From: Lama guanicoe
Taxonomy: Eukaryota
Direction of reading: 5' to 3'
Assembly: GCA_013239625.1 (NCBI GenBank)
Contig: MU056000.1
Span: forward strand, 9,308,232 to 9,372,231
Length of the DNA stretch: 64,000 nt
Shown: positions 51,640 through 64,000 of the stretch, one piece after another
Layout of the letters: each line of letters begins with the position of its first letter
How positions within the stretch are numbered: position 1 is the stretch's first letter
Position numbers and translations under genes: made by a program
Notes under the pieces: generated by a model
Told to the model about the DNA's origin: nothing
Database searches by the model: none
What the model saw: the letters and a program-made list of their open reading frames with translations, nothing else

Positions 51640-51689
51640 AGAGAACAAAAATCATAAAGTCCACCAGAGAAAAAAGACTTATTTCCTGT

Positions 51690-51860
51690 TATCTGACTAT
51701 TGGCAGACTTTTTGTTAGCAACAAAGATGCTGGAAAAGCATCTAATATTGAGGGGATTCTTCAAAATCCTAAGGGAAATAATCTATCAACCTAGAAGTTT
51801 ATATGAAGACAAGCTATTATTTAATAGTGAGGGCATAATAGTATTTTAAGATATACAATG
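51690..51860 (+). mobile_element. Old L1 ORF1 C-terminal fragment
   Basis: gcagacttt...ttcaaaatcctaagggaaa...caacctagaa...tatat...agtgagggc (QPRILY-like). Confidence 0.5.
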
Positions 51861-54229
51861 ACAAATGAGATTAATAGTTATCAGCAATCATTCTTCTCGA
51901 TGTATTCCATTCCCATATAGGTCCCTTTTATTGAGAAATAAATTGAGTCATAAATGGGTTATGTCATTTCCCCCAAATAATATAGCTATTAAGTGGCAAA
52001 GTAAGTATTTGAAGTCACATATTTTCCAGATGTGAAGTCTATGTATTTAACATAACTAAAGGATCTATTAAAGGATGTTTATCAACAATAAGAAAAGTCA
52101 GTTTGGAGGCAAGGCATTAAATGCAAGATGATCAGGCTGTCTTTGTGGAATGCTTCCATCTAACATATCATCTTGCTGATAAAAAATCTTTGTAACTGAA
52201 TAGTATGTTTTACATCCCATTTTGATAGAATATATTGTATATTTCCCACTGAGCCTTTAGGGCTCTTGCTTAATCATATTCTGTATGAAAATCTGTGAAA
52301 AGAGAGCTCTGGAAAATGGTAAGTAAAAGCTAGTCTTTTGAAGACATAAATAACTGTAATAAAACCTGGGCCCCCATCTGGCCAGTCTCTGCCTAGAGAC
52401 ACATTCAAAGGAAACATACACCTTATCCTAGAACCTTTGAGGTATATTGTTCATCCACAACATAGTTTTCTTAAAAAAGGCCAGGCCAAGAGTTTTACCT
52501 ATTTTAACAAGCAAAAATACTTCCAGAAATGTTCTCTGTACTTCATTGCTGCTTGATAGAAGAAAAATTTAAACATCTGTAAAGAAAGAAACAGACATAA
52601 AAGACTACACAAAACAAGATATAGACAGAAAGAAACCCTGGTCCCTGATGGTTTTTCTAGTTCTCAGAACCAGCCTGCAATGTGGTCTGGCTTCACTCTC
52701 TGCCCCGGAGTTCCAGGACATGCTCGTGTAGCCTGTCCCATGGATAAATGGAGATTGGATGATTTGATCATTCATTTTAGAAAAGTGACTCTGAGTATAG
52801 CCAAGCAATGGTATAGTACCTGAAGGAATAAGTGAAGATCAAGAGACGTTTGGAAAGGTTAGGGACAAGGTTGTTTGCGATATGAAAGACCCAACAGAAA
52901 AGAAAGGAGAGGCTGGTGGTACAGGAAAATGGTAACAGTTCAAATGAGCAGAGTCCTTAAAAAAAAAGCCAGAGGCAAGGGAGTTGCTCTTTCAGGGAGG
53001 GACTTGCCTCTGTAAGAGAAGATACCAGGATGAAAAGAGAAGACAGATGCAAAGGTAGGACATACAGACATATTTTGATCTGACCAGGGGAAGAGGAAAG
53101 AGCTATTTCCTGGTAGCATCTGTATTCTCACTGAAACATGATATAAGTAATTGGCTGCAATATGGGGGCAGTAGGCTAGATGGATGGGATGTTAGTTAGG
53201 AGAGGGAAAAATAGATATAATAGTCATGATACAAATACTATACTATAGAAAGGAGAGACTGATATATGTTATTCTGACCTTCCATCAACTCAGACGAGAT
53301 ATACAGATTATTTTGTCAAAGTCATGACTTTTCCAGAAAACTTTTAAAAACTAGTTTCCTACTGTCAGTTGCCTAGTTGTTTCATAATTTCAGTAGTTTA
53401 AAATATTTCAGTTTGAAATGCATAGAAGTGCTGTGATGCTCACTAGGACAGAATCACCAGGCTCCAGAAAGAATGATACCAAACCATCTCACTAACCTGG
53501 AAAAACAAAATACTGAGTTTCAAATTCTAAAGCCAGGCCACCAAGTGAAAAAGAGGTTTGAAGTCTTTAAATTGTGCGTGTTTCTTTTGTCTCACTTACC
53601 AAATACCTGAAGTGAATACGTATTTTTAGCTTAAATTTATACCATAATTACTTCAATCCTGGAACATATTGCCACTGTATAACTGTTAGTATCCTACCAA
53701 AGAGAAGTTGGAGAAACATTTCTGGTAAAACATCTCTTTACGCAAGTTGGAGGAACCTATAATTTTCAGTGAGATGATTACATGAAGTCCTACCTATAAT
53801 TTTATTTAATTGTACCTTTTTACTTCATTTTCTCAACCTAGGTTCCTTTGTTTTTTTTTTCACCCTTGTCTCAAAAGGAAGACATTGAAACTATCTTCAG
53901 CAAAATGTTCAAGGATATGTGCATAGTTAACTATTCTCAACTTGTGTCTAAGATTACAGTATTTCAAACTATTAGCAGAGAAGTTAAAACTCATTCCAGC
54001 AATTATTTTCCATAGTTACAAGTACAGAGAGGACGCCTTTTTTTAACATGGACTGTAAAAGTACTAGTCATGGGCTACATAGAAGTAAAATTAGTAAGAA
54101 TATATAATAATAATAAATAATATGCCATATGGCAACAAAAACAACCTTATATTGGCACATATAATTGGCAATAATAATGGACTTAAGCATAAAATTCAAT
54201 TAGGAAACTTTTCATTGTTATTGCTAAAT

Positions 54230-54830
54230 AGATTGAATGTGATCGTTAAGAATGTGGATTCTGGAGCAGTATTTCCTGAGTTCCAAATCCAGCTCTGCCA
54301 ACCCTAACTATGTGAACATCCCAAGTTCTATACCTTCTCTGGCTTCTGGCTCCTATCGTGCAAAGTAAGAATACCGCTAGTACCTACCTGATAGAGTTGA
54401 TTGGGTGCTTAAATAAGAAAGTACAGATATTGAGGACAAAAATGAGAATGAACAATCTATCCCTACCCACAACAATATGAATGAAGCTCAGAAATACAGT
54501 GTTGAGGAAAGAAATCCAAACTCTAAATACTACATGATGCATGATTCTTTATATATAAGATGCAGGAACAAGCAACATTTAACTATGCTGTTAGAAACAG
54601 GAGTCCTGAATTCAAGGAGGCATGAGGTCGACCTCTGGAGTGCTGCAGGGACTCTGCTCTTGAGCTGTGCATCTGTTACATGCGTATATTCAGATAGCTG
54701 TTTACTTACAATATGTTTACTTTCTATATCTATATAATACTTCAATAAAAATTGTAGAAAATTTTAAAAAAAGTACAGGTAAAGGATAAAAGCCAGTGGC
54801 TGGAAATTGTTATGAGCTGTAAGCTCCCTG
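54230..54830 (+). mobile_element. MIR split by an old L1 (L1MC/ME-like) 3' fragment at about 54428-54768
   Basis: MIR 5' part ccaaatccagctctgcca...agtacctacct, L1 tail ending acttcaataaaa, flanking repeat AAAGTACAG. Confidence 0.65.
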
Positions 54831-55042
54831 TACAGGTTAGGTTTTTTAATTAAATGTCTGTTTTATAGAAATATTACTGATAGTCTAGATGAAATTAATA
54901 AATAATTCACAGATTTTTTTTCATTTATATCTTCTAGTCCAAATAAAGGTAAAACTATAACTTCAATCAAGTTAAAAACGTCAATATTTTTTCATCCTCA
55001 AAAATACTAGAGCTTTTGCTAAAGTTTGGCCAATATCTAGGT

Positions 55043-55262
55043 CAGGAGGTGGCACACTTTTTCTGCAGCTGGCCAGCTAGGTAATATTTTAGTCTTTGTG
55101 GGCCATACAGTTTCTGTCTCAACTTCTCAACTCTGTCACTGCAGCATGAAAGCATATATGGACAACACCAAAAGTAGGCATGGCTGTGATCCCACGAAAT
55201 TTTATTAATGAAAACAGACAGCTAGGCAGATTTGTCCCATGGGTGTGGTTTGCTGACCCTTC
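55043..55262. mobile_element. MER58A hAT MITE
   Basis: caggaggtggcacacttttt...gggccatac...tcaactctg...catggctgtg...gtttgctgaccct. Confidence 0.85.
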
Positions 55263-55317
55263 CTCTAAGTATTTGATAAAATGAAAACAGAGCTCTCAAA
55301 TATTTTAACCCTATTTA

Positions 55318-55555
55318 TTTTTTTAACTTTTTTTATTGAGTAATAGTTATTTTACAATGTTGTGTCAAATTCTAGTGTAGAGCACAATTTTTCAATCATA
55401 CATGAACATATATATATTCATTGTTATATTTTTTTTCGCTATGAGCTACCACAAGATCATGTATATTTTTCCCTGTACTATCCAGTATACTCTTGTTTAT
55501 CTATTCTGCATTTTAAAATCTCAGTCTGTCCTTTCCCACCCCTTGCCCCCTTGGG
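55318..55555 (-). mobile_element. Young L1 3' tip
   Basis: Exact 17-bp TSD TATTTTAACCCTATTTA (55301-55317 and 55556-55572). Confidence 0.9.
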
Positions 55556-56126
55556 TATTTTAACCCTATTTAAACTTTCCTAAGGGAACTACTCAATTGA
55601 GCAATTTGAATATCATGATTCTACTGTCTGTGAGTGTATGTATCCAAAACCTGAGTTCTCTTTCAAATAAAATGAGTATGAGTAACAGTCAGGAAGCCCA
55701 GTGTTTCTTGTTATCAAGTACAAAGAGGAGATAAGGCAGTTTACAAGACTTAAGAACTGTGCTTGACTCACTAGTTAAACAAGGTTTGCACCCACCACTG
55801 CACACACATAAAATGACTGCATTTTAAGAAATGTCTTTCCTAATATTACATATGTGTAGTTGAGGAAAATATACATATAAAATCAATGAAAATGACTCAC
55901 TTTATGGGTAACAAATCAAAACTAGTCCTGTGTGATCTAATCCAGCGGTGCTCAAAATGTGGCCCACGGCCCATAGCTAGTGACTGCAATGAATTAAGGA
56001 TAGAAATTGAGAGTCGTGTTTGTTATTTTAGTTTTATGTTTTAGTTTATATTTTAGTTTTAGTATACAACTAGTTTATACTAGTTTTAGTAGTATGTTAT
56101 TTTAATTTTCGGTTTTCATCTGCAGT

Positions 56127-56266
56127 GCATTAGGAGGGAAAGATACTTGTACCAGAGAAAGTGTGAGAAGCACCCCACACAGCAATAGTCCCCGGGCATT
56201 AGGAGGGAAAGATACTTGTACCAGAGAAAGTGTGAGAAGCACCCCCCACAGCAATAGTCCCCGGGC
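56127..56266. repeat. 69-bp tandem duplication (2 copies, 1 mismatch)
   Basis: gcattaggagggaaagatacttgtaccagagaaagtgtgagaagcacccc[a/c]cacagcaatagtccccgg at 56127 and 56196. Confidence 0.97.
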
Positions 56267-56422
56267 CTTTTATCTTTATACATACACTACCTTTCACATT
56301 TTAAAACCTATGTTGCACTATTACAACACAATCAGTTGTGGGGTATTGATTACGTGTCTCCTGTGTGTTGAGAACCATAGAAAAGCATAAACATGATAAA
56401 GCAAGTCTAAAATCTGGTTGGA

Positions 56423-56633
56423 TTCTATAGAATAGATAAGCAAGTTTATACTGTATAGCACAGGGAAATACATTCAAGACCTTGTAGTAGCTCATGGTTT
56501 AAAAGAATGTGAAAATGAACATGTGTGTATTCATGTGTGACTGCAAAACTGTGCTCTACCGCAGAAATTGACACAACATTGTAAACTGACTGTAACTCAA
56601 TAAAAATAAATAGATAGATAGATAGATAGATAG

Positions 56634-56660
<27 letters not shown>
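56423..56660 (+). mobile_element. Young L1 3' tip with (TAGA)n(TCAA)n tail
   Basis: TSD AATCTGGTTGGA (56411-56422 and 56661-56672). Confidence 0.85.
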
Positions 56661-56664
<4 letters not shown>

Positions 56665-58819
56665 TGGTTGGAAAAGTCAAAGATCAAGGCTACCGTTAGC
56701 AAAAATCAGATGACTTGCAGTGAGACCCTAATGGTGGGCTGTAGATGAACCACCATCACCAGACACTGTTCAAAGTTTTCTCAGCATCCTGCTTTACTCT
56801 CTCTAGCCAACAAAGTTCACAGAAACTTAATTGCTTTGATATTCATTTGCCACATCCTTTATTTAATCTAAACGGCTGTTCAAGCAGACATCAAGACTGT
56901 GGACACTTTAGCAAAAACCTTAATATTTGTGAAGATTGTTTTCTTTCTTTTTTTTTTTTTCAGCCTACCCACAGAAGCATTATAGCGGCAGCCATAGAAA
57001 AGCTGAGTTGAAGACTCCAAAATCATGTATAACTTTGAGATAAATAAAATGCGCTTTTGGAAACTTATGCCACGCCTCATGATAGACTTCACTTCACCTC
57101 ATCAAATAATGGAACGAGAAAATGAAACCTTCTTCTTAACAACAATTTGGACTCAGTGAGATTGTATTAAATTAACTGCCCTAGGACAAAAAGATACTTG
57201 TCTTCCCGCAGTAGAAGGGAACCGACAGATCTAAGAGGGTAAGTGGAACTCTCTTATTGTTGATGCTTCATACCTCACAGCTTTCTCCTGAGGCCAAAGC
57301 CACCTGGTGTCCTTTACCACACACACACGCAAGACTGACATTTCTTTTAATCCATGAAAAAGCGTAGACAGCATAGTGGCAATGAGGTCCCAATGGTCCT
57401 TTAGCTACTTCGCGGCTTCTCTGTCAGTACCGGATCGTAGCAAAACTAGAGAGAAGTTTAAGATCGGTTTCATATTTAAAACATTCTCATCTGTCAGCAT
57501 TCTTCTTGTTACAGCGATCATCACAGGGTCACATGTAAGCAACAGGAGACTTGAAAGTTTTTTTAATATGTGTGACATTATTTTAATTTAATCATCTTGC
57601 CCTGTCTTTCACTTAAGTTTGTTCCCAGTAAATTCTGAAGTCTGTTTTTCAGCAGCAAGAAAAGACACAATTGTACAATCATATGTGCCATTGATCACGG
57701 ATTTGGGTCTGTGCAACTCTGATTTTCCAGTACCCCTTTTTCTTTACTCGGTGATTTACTTTCAACAATAGCTTTGTGAATTTAACACTGAAATGACTTA
57801 AGTATTAACTTGTAAGTTCTGTCTAGACTTTGACATTCATCCAAATGCTATACCTCTGGAAGTGATAAAATAAATGTAAAAAATAATAATATGATGAGTA
57901 TTTTTGACGTGGGTCATGGTGGAGGCAATATTATAGGAGGTATGGATTTAAGTAACATTGGCAAGAAATGCCAATGATATTCCTGAATCATTGTAAAGCT
58001 AAGTCATTTCTATCACAATAATCCTAGAATTTCATTATTACAACCCCTTAATCATTTAACTAGTGAGCAGTATAATCTAGCATAAGATCCATAACTTATT
58101 TAATTAACCGTCATACATTTACAAGTTTTATGCCAGGATCTTCCTTTGACACTTAGGTACCTTTTCGGAGCAAGAAGAATCAAACACATAAAAGGAACTG
58201 ACTGATAATTTGAACATTTACATAAATAGCATCCTAGTCAAAGGAAAAATTCTGAAGCCATCCTTGATCCCCTGTCCCTGTCCTTTGGCATTCCAGTTGT
58301 GAGGCTGGCTGCTGTCATCAGTAGGCTGTGAAAGTCCCTGTTTATCTGTGTGTTCCTAATACTGTGTGCAAAGCCTTGTTGGTATACAGTAGACATTACA
58401 AAAATGTTTGAATTAGTGAATCAATTCAAGCTTTCTATTTGGACTGGAATAGAAAAAAAAAACCAAAGTTTTTTGATGGCAAAGAAACAAGAAAACACAA
58501 TCTACTGTACTTAGGGGGTTTAGCAGAGGCCAGTAAATGACAACGTTGTGACTAAAGACTTGGAAAGAAAACTAAGAATGTAAATACTAGAGAGAACAGA
58601 TAGACAAGACTAGAGAAATTTTATTAGACAGAGAACCAGTCTAGAAGTATGACTATTTCCAAAATTTCCAGTAACAAATAAATTGGAGTTATTTTCTGTA
58701 AAACTGTTAACACTTTATAGAGATAAAGGGTTAAAGGCATTATATAATGTCTTATTTTAAGGAAGGACTTGTGGATTTGAACAAGAATTTGCTAGGATTT
58801 TATCCCTAACAACCTCAAA

Positions 58820-58851
58820 CTGCCACCTGGTGGTGACTTCCCTGAATTGCA
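58820..58851 (-). promoter_or_regulatory. CTCF binding motif with upstream module
   Basis: The - strand reads TGCAATTCA-N6-TCA-CCACCAGGTGGCAG. Confidence 0.7.
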
Positions 58852-58965
58852 GATGTTTGATCTGGGGTGCTCAGGGCTGTTTGTAAGGAACTGTGCCCCA
58901 AATCCCACCAATACAGAGCAATGGAGGTGACATGAGTTCTTGTGGTCCATAGGAGCACACCTTCC

Positions 58966-58993
58966 CCACCACCACCACCACCACCACCACCAC
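58966..58993. repeat. (CCA)9 microsatellite
   Basis: Direct observation. Confidence 0.95.
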
Positions 58994-61838
58994 TGCACAA
59001 CCATACATAAAAAAGGAGAAATTAAAAAACAAACAAACAAAACATGTTTTCATTACCTGTCCCAAAAAAGAAGTCTGGTTTAAATGAAATTTTGGAACGA
59101 ATGAAGATTTCATCCAGCACCTTGGCCCATTCTCTTCCTTTGCCGATCCCTCCCACATCTCCCAGTAAAATCACTGCCCTCCTCCGGCCCAACAGTCCTT
59201 CTGACCACACCTAACCTGAGCAATCCACTGTGTGCTTGACCTCTTCCCTTCCATATCTTGGAAAACTCACATGTCCAGAATTACATCAAAGTGATACAAG
59301 GTACGCCATTTGTTAAAGTGTCGTGACCTAGATAAGGCCTAGCCCAAAAGAGTGTATATAAAAGTGAATTCATTACTATAAACTATTTTGTTTCTTTGTG
59401 TATAATGCTAAGCGTTTTAATAAAGGAGTCTCATTTTTCACAGATATCTTTCAAAATGCTAATTGATGATATGATGATTATGATGGGTTATGTTTGTCTG
59501 ATATGAAATACAAACAGAAATATATTCATTAATTTTTTTCTGGTTGTGGTTTACACTTCAAAAATCTTTAAAAGTATAAGAATATCTATAAGCTGCCAGA
59601 AAATAAGCCCTGTTTTCTATAGTCAAGGGTCTGTAACCCAGGTAATTAGGCAGTTGTTCAAGAGTAGATGTGATAAAGATGGTTCAAGAGGAGAAGAATG
59701 AGGTTTTTTCATTAAAGAAAAGGACTGCTTCAGAAAATAAGTCTTAACTTATCAAGAGGCCACTCAAGTATCCATTGCACTTGGTTCCTACAAACAGTGT
59801 CCAAACATCTCACTCCAACTAACCAATAGCTTTACTATTTCTCAGTGCAAAGCCAAGATCCGTATTTTAAGATCAAATTCTAGGCCTTTATTCAGTTACC
59901 AAAACGGAGAGTTACTTGAGGAATCTAGAGGTGTGCATCAAAGTAGGATTGAGATTTTGAACAAGTCTTTTAAGTGTTTTTGTCCTCACCCTCTATAACA
60001 TATTCATTCAAAAGTTTAGCATCGTCATATTTAACATAAAGGACAATAAGGCGTATCGTGCCTGAATATCTAAAGATAAGAAAAAATTGTGTATTAGAAA
60101 ATGGAAAAAATGGGGGGAGCTAGAGATACGATTTTTAGATTAAGTCACTAAAATGTTTAGGAATTTAAGTTACATAAAATTCATATGAGTAGTTTTTTTA
60201 AAAAATCCTTTTACAGTAGAAATAAGCAAAAGCACTTATCTTAATTCAACTTAAAATTCCTGTTTTTAGCTTTCAGTACTGTGCTGACACATCAGAAGAA
60301 ACGAAGTTCCACGTCACAATTCCAAAGGAACAAAGAGCAGCAAGTAGCCTCTTCCAAGTCAGAACATATTTTTCTCTGAAGAAAAATGGGAAAAATTGAG
60401 TTAATGTGCTATGATAGTCATCAGGGTTGATCACACAAGTGTGAGGTGAGGTTTCTGAACTGCTCTACTCCAAGTACAGATTTCCCAGCGTGGATTTACA
60501 CAAACCCGCCAACGCAATGAAACAGATTTTTATTCACAGTGAAATTGAGGGACCAATACATTAAATAATGGCCCAGCTGCCAGAAAAAAATACTTCCTGA
60601 AAATGGAAACTCTCCAAGCTTGTGAATAATTTAGATTATTATTTTAATTTTGTTTTTGTTTTAATCAATTTCTGCTGGCATACATATGCTCATTGGACAA
60701 GTGTGGAGAGTTCACACTAGTAACTTGCACACAGTACTTTTTTTCTATGCCCTATAGAGACAATGTTTCTATCAGTCACAGAAAATAAGCTATGCCTTGG
60801 TCAAAAAAACAACTCTAAATCTTCGTAGCTTAAAACAAAGATTCTTTGTGACAAGTGTCAGGTATACAATTTACTTTCATAGATGAAATACAGTATCTAT
60901 ATAGTAGTGATAATGACAATATTAAATATCATATAGATGCTAATGCTATACAATGTCAACATTATATTTAGGCTATTTAATATTATATGGCCTTTAAAGC
61001 TTCGTAACAGCTTAGCAGGAAAGACTGTAGAAACCTGAGTCTTTTCAATCACACTATAATATAATCTTCAATTTCTGCTAGTTCTGCTAACGTGTAAACT
61101 AATGTGTATAAACACATTCTAAACTAGACTTTCCAGCTGGAATGATCTCATGATTCTTAAATTAGTTTCTTCACACTCAATCTGCAGCAAACCTGTTCTA
61201 GGCTATGACACCCTGAGTCTTGGAACAAAATAAAAGATTAGGTTCGCTAATGTCATCAGATGAGCTCTTGTGACAAAATTTATCAGTCACTTGGTCAAAT
61301 ACTTTGCTTGACAGATAATTAGGTTGAAAAACCTTTTTAATGACAAGTGATTAAATGGACTAAATTTGCCAGCTACTTTGACACCATACGTATCTCCCTT
61401 AATTGATGGTGTGGAAAATATTTCAGAGTCATTATTCATTTGAAATATTTCCAAAACAAATTTAAAGTGTAGCACATTATTATGGCTTTTTGTTAAGCTT
61501 AGAATGTCTTTTGAGGCATGCTTATTTTCTAGAACGTGTTTGAGAAACCCACGAATAAATGTGGCCCTGTCTACTAAAAATAAGCACTATTTTTCGATCA
61601 AAGTGAGCAAGATGGATTTAAAGAATGATTTAAGTGCAGTGTCCAGCTATTTCTCGCAGTTGTTTCTGGGTGCCTGAACAGATACTCATGTCCAATGCTT
61701 AGGAATCTGTTTTCACATAAATGATACCACAGTATTGAAAGGGATCCAAGCAGACATGAACACATCATCACATCTTCCCTACCCCATCCTTACCCAACTA
61801 GTACCGCATACAGCCTGGGACCAATAATACCATCCATG

Positions 61839-62061
61839 ACAGACTGGGATTTCAAAATTGTAGAATAGATAAACAAGATTACACTGTATAGCACAGGGAA
61901 ATATACACAAAATGTTATGATAAATCACAGAAAAAAAAATGTGACAATGAGTGTGTATATGTCCATGAATGACTGAAAAATTGTGCTGAACACTGGAATT
62001 TGACACAACACCGTAAAATGATTATGAATCAATAAAAAATGTAAAAAAAAAAAAGAAAAAA
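61839..62061 (+). mobile_element. Young L1 3' tip
   Basis: Exact 16-bp TSD AATAATACCATCCATG (61823-61838 and 62062-62077), poly-A tail. Confidence 0.9.
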
Positions 62062-63608
62062 AATAATACCATCCATGTCCATTTAGGCAGCGGTATTTGG
62101 GACACATGTAGGCTAAAAAAAATTTGTTATTTATCTGACTTTTAAATTTAACTGGCTATTTCATCTGGAAATCCTGGTGACAACGCAGTTCCTTGAAATA
62201 TAGTAGTGGTCCGGTTAAATAACTGTTAATATTTCTTCTGTTTTCTTTGCCTCAGAATGAATTATTCATTTGTGCTGAGCAGTGTGCAAACAATAATAAA
62301 GCCAAATCCACATTTTTGTGACACTCCTGACAAACTGCCGCCATATTAAAGAAATAAATTACAGGTCCTCTATCGCCTAGCAGCATGGCCCTCATCCCTA
62401 TTTTTGAGGCATTTCAATCAACCTTGCAATCTTCACCAAGATGTAAGATATTAAACATACAATTTATCTGCCCTAAAGTAGCATTGATTTTAGAACTGTA
62501 CGATCTTCTGACTTTTCTTTTTCCAGAGAATGGTCAAACTGACCATTTGGGCTATAAATTAGGTTTTTCATGGCTAGCATACTTCACATCGGCACTTTAT
62601 TATACAAGCAACAATTATGTCATCGCCAGGCCCTGGTACAACACGAAGGGAGTGTAAATGTCAGGATTGATGGTGATGGCTCAGAGCCAGCTCATTAAAG
62701 GCAATGGTGTGAATAATACAACTGTGTTGCCTTTGAAAGAACTGAGTATGTATTATCCACCTACCAGTGCACCAAAGCAGCATCATAAACATAGATCTCT
62801 AACTGCAGCCCATTTAAATGATGAAAGGGTGTATATTAATCTATGAAATTGATTTTACCCAGGGGGAGAAATTGTTCTCTCTATTTATGAAAGTCAAAGC
62901 ATTCAGTGCACAGAGAAGCACTTATCAAATGAGCATGCAGTATGCAGATGCATTTCACTAATGCTTCTTGCTAAGATAAATAGTCTGTGGTCGTAAAAGA
63001 TGCTACTACAATTTGCTAGAAATAAAGGAACTAAAAAGAGCGACATGTGTACAGCTTTTTGTAAACCCTGGAGAGTAAATTTTCTAAATTACCTGGCCTC
63101 TGTGTTTGATATACTTCATTTGAAAGTCATTGATAAAACATGACAGTAATTTTATGCACACATACACATACAAATAACTCAGTAGTTTTTTATATTTAGT
63201 TCTCCTCACAGGTAAGTTAATAAATCTTTTGGCAATAATCACATGCTTCTGACATACAATTCATTTTCAGGATCATAGGACCCCAATATTTTTTTTTTCA
63301 GATTGGGAAAATTATTTGAACATAGCATGTTCTCTATTCTTTCTCTCTGCAACAAGATTAGAATATTTCAATTTATGTGCGTAACTTCAAAACTAAGCAA
63401 GATAGCTCAGCAGACTCCTTTCTGGGATGCTTGCCATTCAGATATCTTTGAAGCGTATCATCTCATCTTTAAACAGCATTACCTAAGCCCAAAGTTAGAG
63501 GATTTGTTTTTTCCTCTAGTAGGCCCTTAGCAGATGCTTCTGGGCACATCTTCTACCTGCTAACACTCAAATTACAGATTCCAGGGGAAATGAAACTTCA
63601 CATAGCTT

Positions 63609-63705
63609 GAGTATGTGTACGTATGACTGGGACATTCTGCTGTGCACCAGAAGTTGACAGATTGTAACTGACTGTATTTCAATTAAAGAAAGAAAGAAAG
63701 AAAGT
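63609..63705 (+). mobile_element. L1 3' tip (same type as 27235-27577) with (AAAG)n tail
   Basis: tatgactgggacattctgctgtgcaccagaagttgacagattgtaactgactgtatttcaatt. Confidence 0.7.
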
Positions 63706-63789
63706 AAAATAAGAAATAACTGCATATATTTCAAGTCAGGGTTGGGAGAAGTTGGCTTTAAATATTCTTATATATGTTTAGTCTCTGAA

Positions 63790-63915
63790 TTCCTACATAA
63801 CCTTCAAGATCAGTGTCCTTATCTGCATTTTTCAGGTTGAGACACTAAAATGTGAAAGATGAAAGTCCCAAAACTAAGAAATGGATGAGGAAAATTTTGA
63901 ACCTAAGACTTCCCA
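63790..63915 (-). mobile_element. MIR fragment
   Basis: ttatctgcatttttcaggttgagacactaaa...tttgaacctaag. Confidence 0.5.
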
Positions 63916-64000
63916 TGTTGGGTAGCTGCCTTTCATAGGAGCCCTGCTTCTCTGGGGAGTGGGAAGAGCGGGATGTGGAGTGGGCTACGGACTTCTGGCT

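Noticed and set aside
57340..57540. CpG-containing block with splice-like signals as a coding exon
   Set aside because: The candidate - strand exon has stops in all three frames. It could be non-coding or regulatory, but support is insufficient.
58792..59210. Poly-W, poly-G and poly-V ORFs
   Set aside because: Translation artefacts of the (CCA)n microsatellite.
1..64000. ORF-track entries as real intact genes
   Set aside because: All are 131 aa or shorter, many start at non-ATG codons, and the recognisable ones are L1 ORF2 or ERV-L pieces or antisense readings of repeats.
1..64000. CRISPR arrays, operons or other prokaryotic or viral defence systems
   Set aside because: The sequence is mammalian and repeat-laden, with no regularly spaced repeats and no gene-dense segment.

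Overview
AT-rich mammalian genomic DNA, most likely camelid (alpaca/llama/camel). The evidence is three tRNA-Ala-derived vic-1-type SINEs, several young L1 3'-UTR tips with intact target-site duplications, and no recognisable ruminant, primate or rodent SINEs. No intact protein-coding gene is evident: the supplied ORFs are either short chance ORFs or fragments of L1 ORF2 and ERV-L pol. Much of the window is interspersed repeat (MIR, L2, old and young L1, MaLR and ERV-L LTRs, an ERV-L internal relic, hAT MER5A/MER45A/MER58A and Charlie1-like elements). The main unexplained signal lies in the repeat-free islands between about 6.7 and 23.1 kb on the + strand. It is an ordered series of AG/GT-bounded, mostly phase-compatible exon-like blocks that splice into a protein-like sequence with up to five degenerate EF-hand motifs, interrupted by in-frame stops and a few damaged splice sites. 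I read this as an unprocessed, possibly unitary, pseudogene of a multi-EF-hand protein that I cannot name. A high-quality CTCF motif with its upstream module sits at about 58.8 kb. Repeat family names come from recalled consensus motifs, not database searches, and boundaries without TSDs are approximate.
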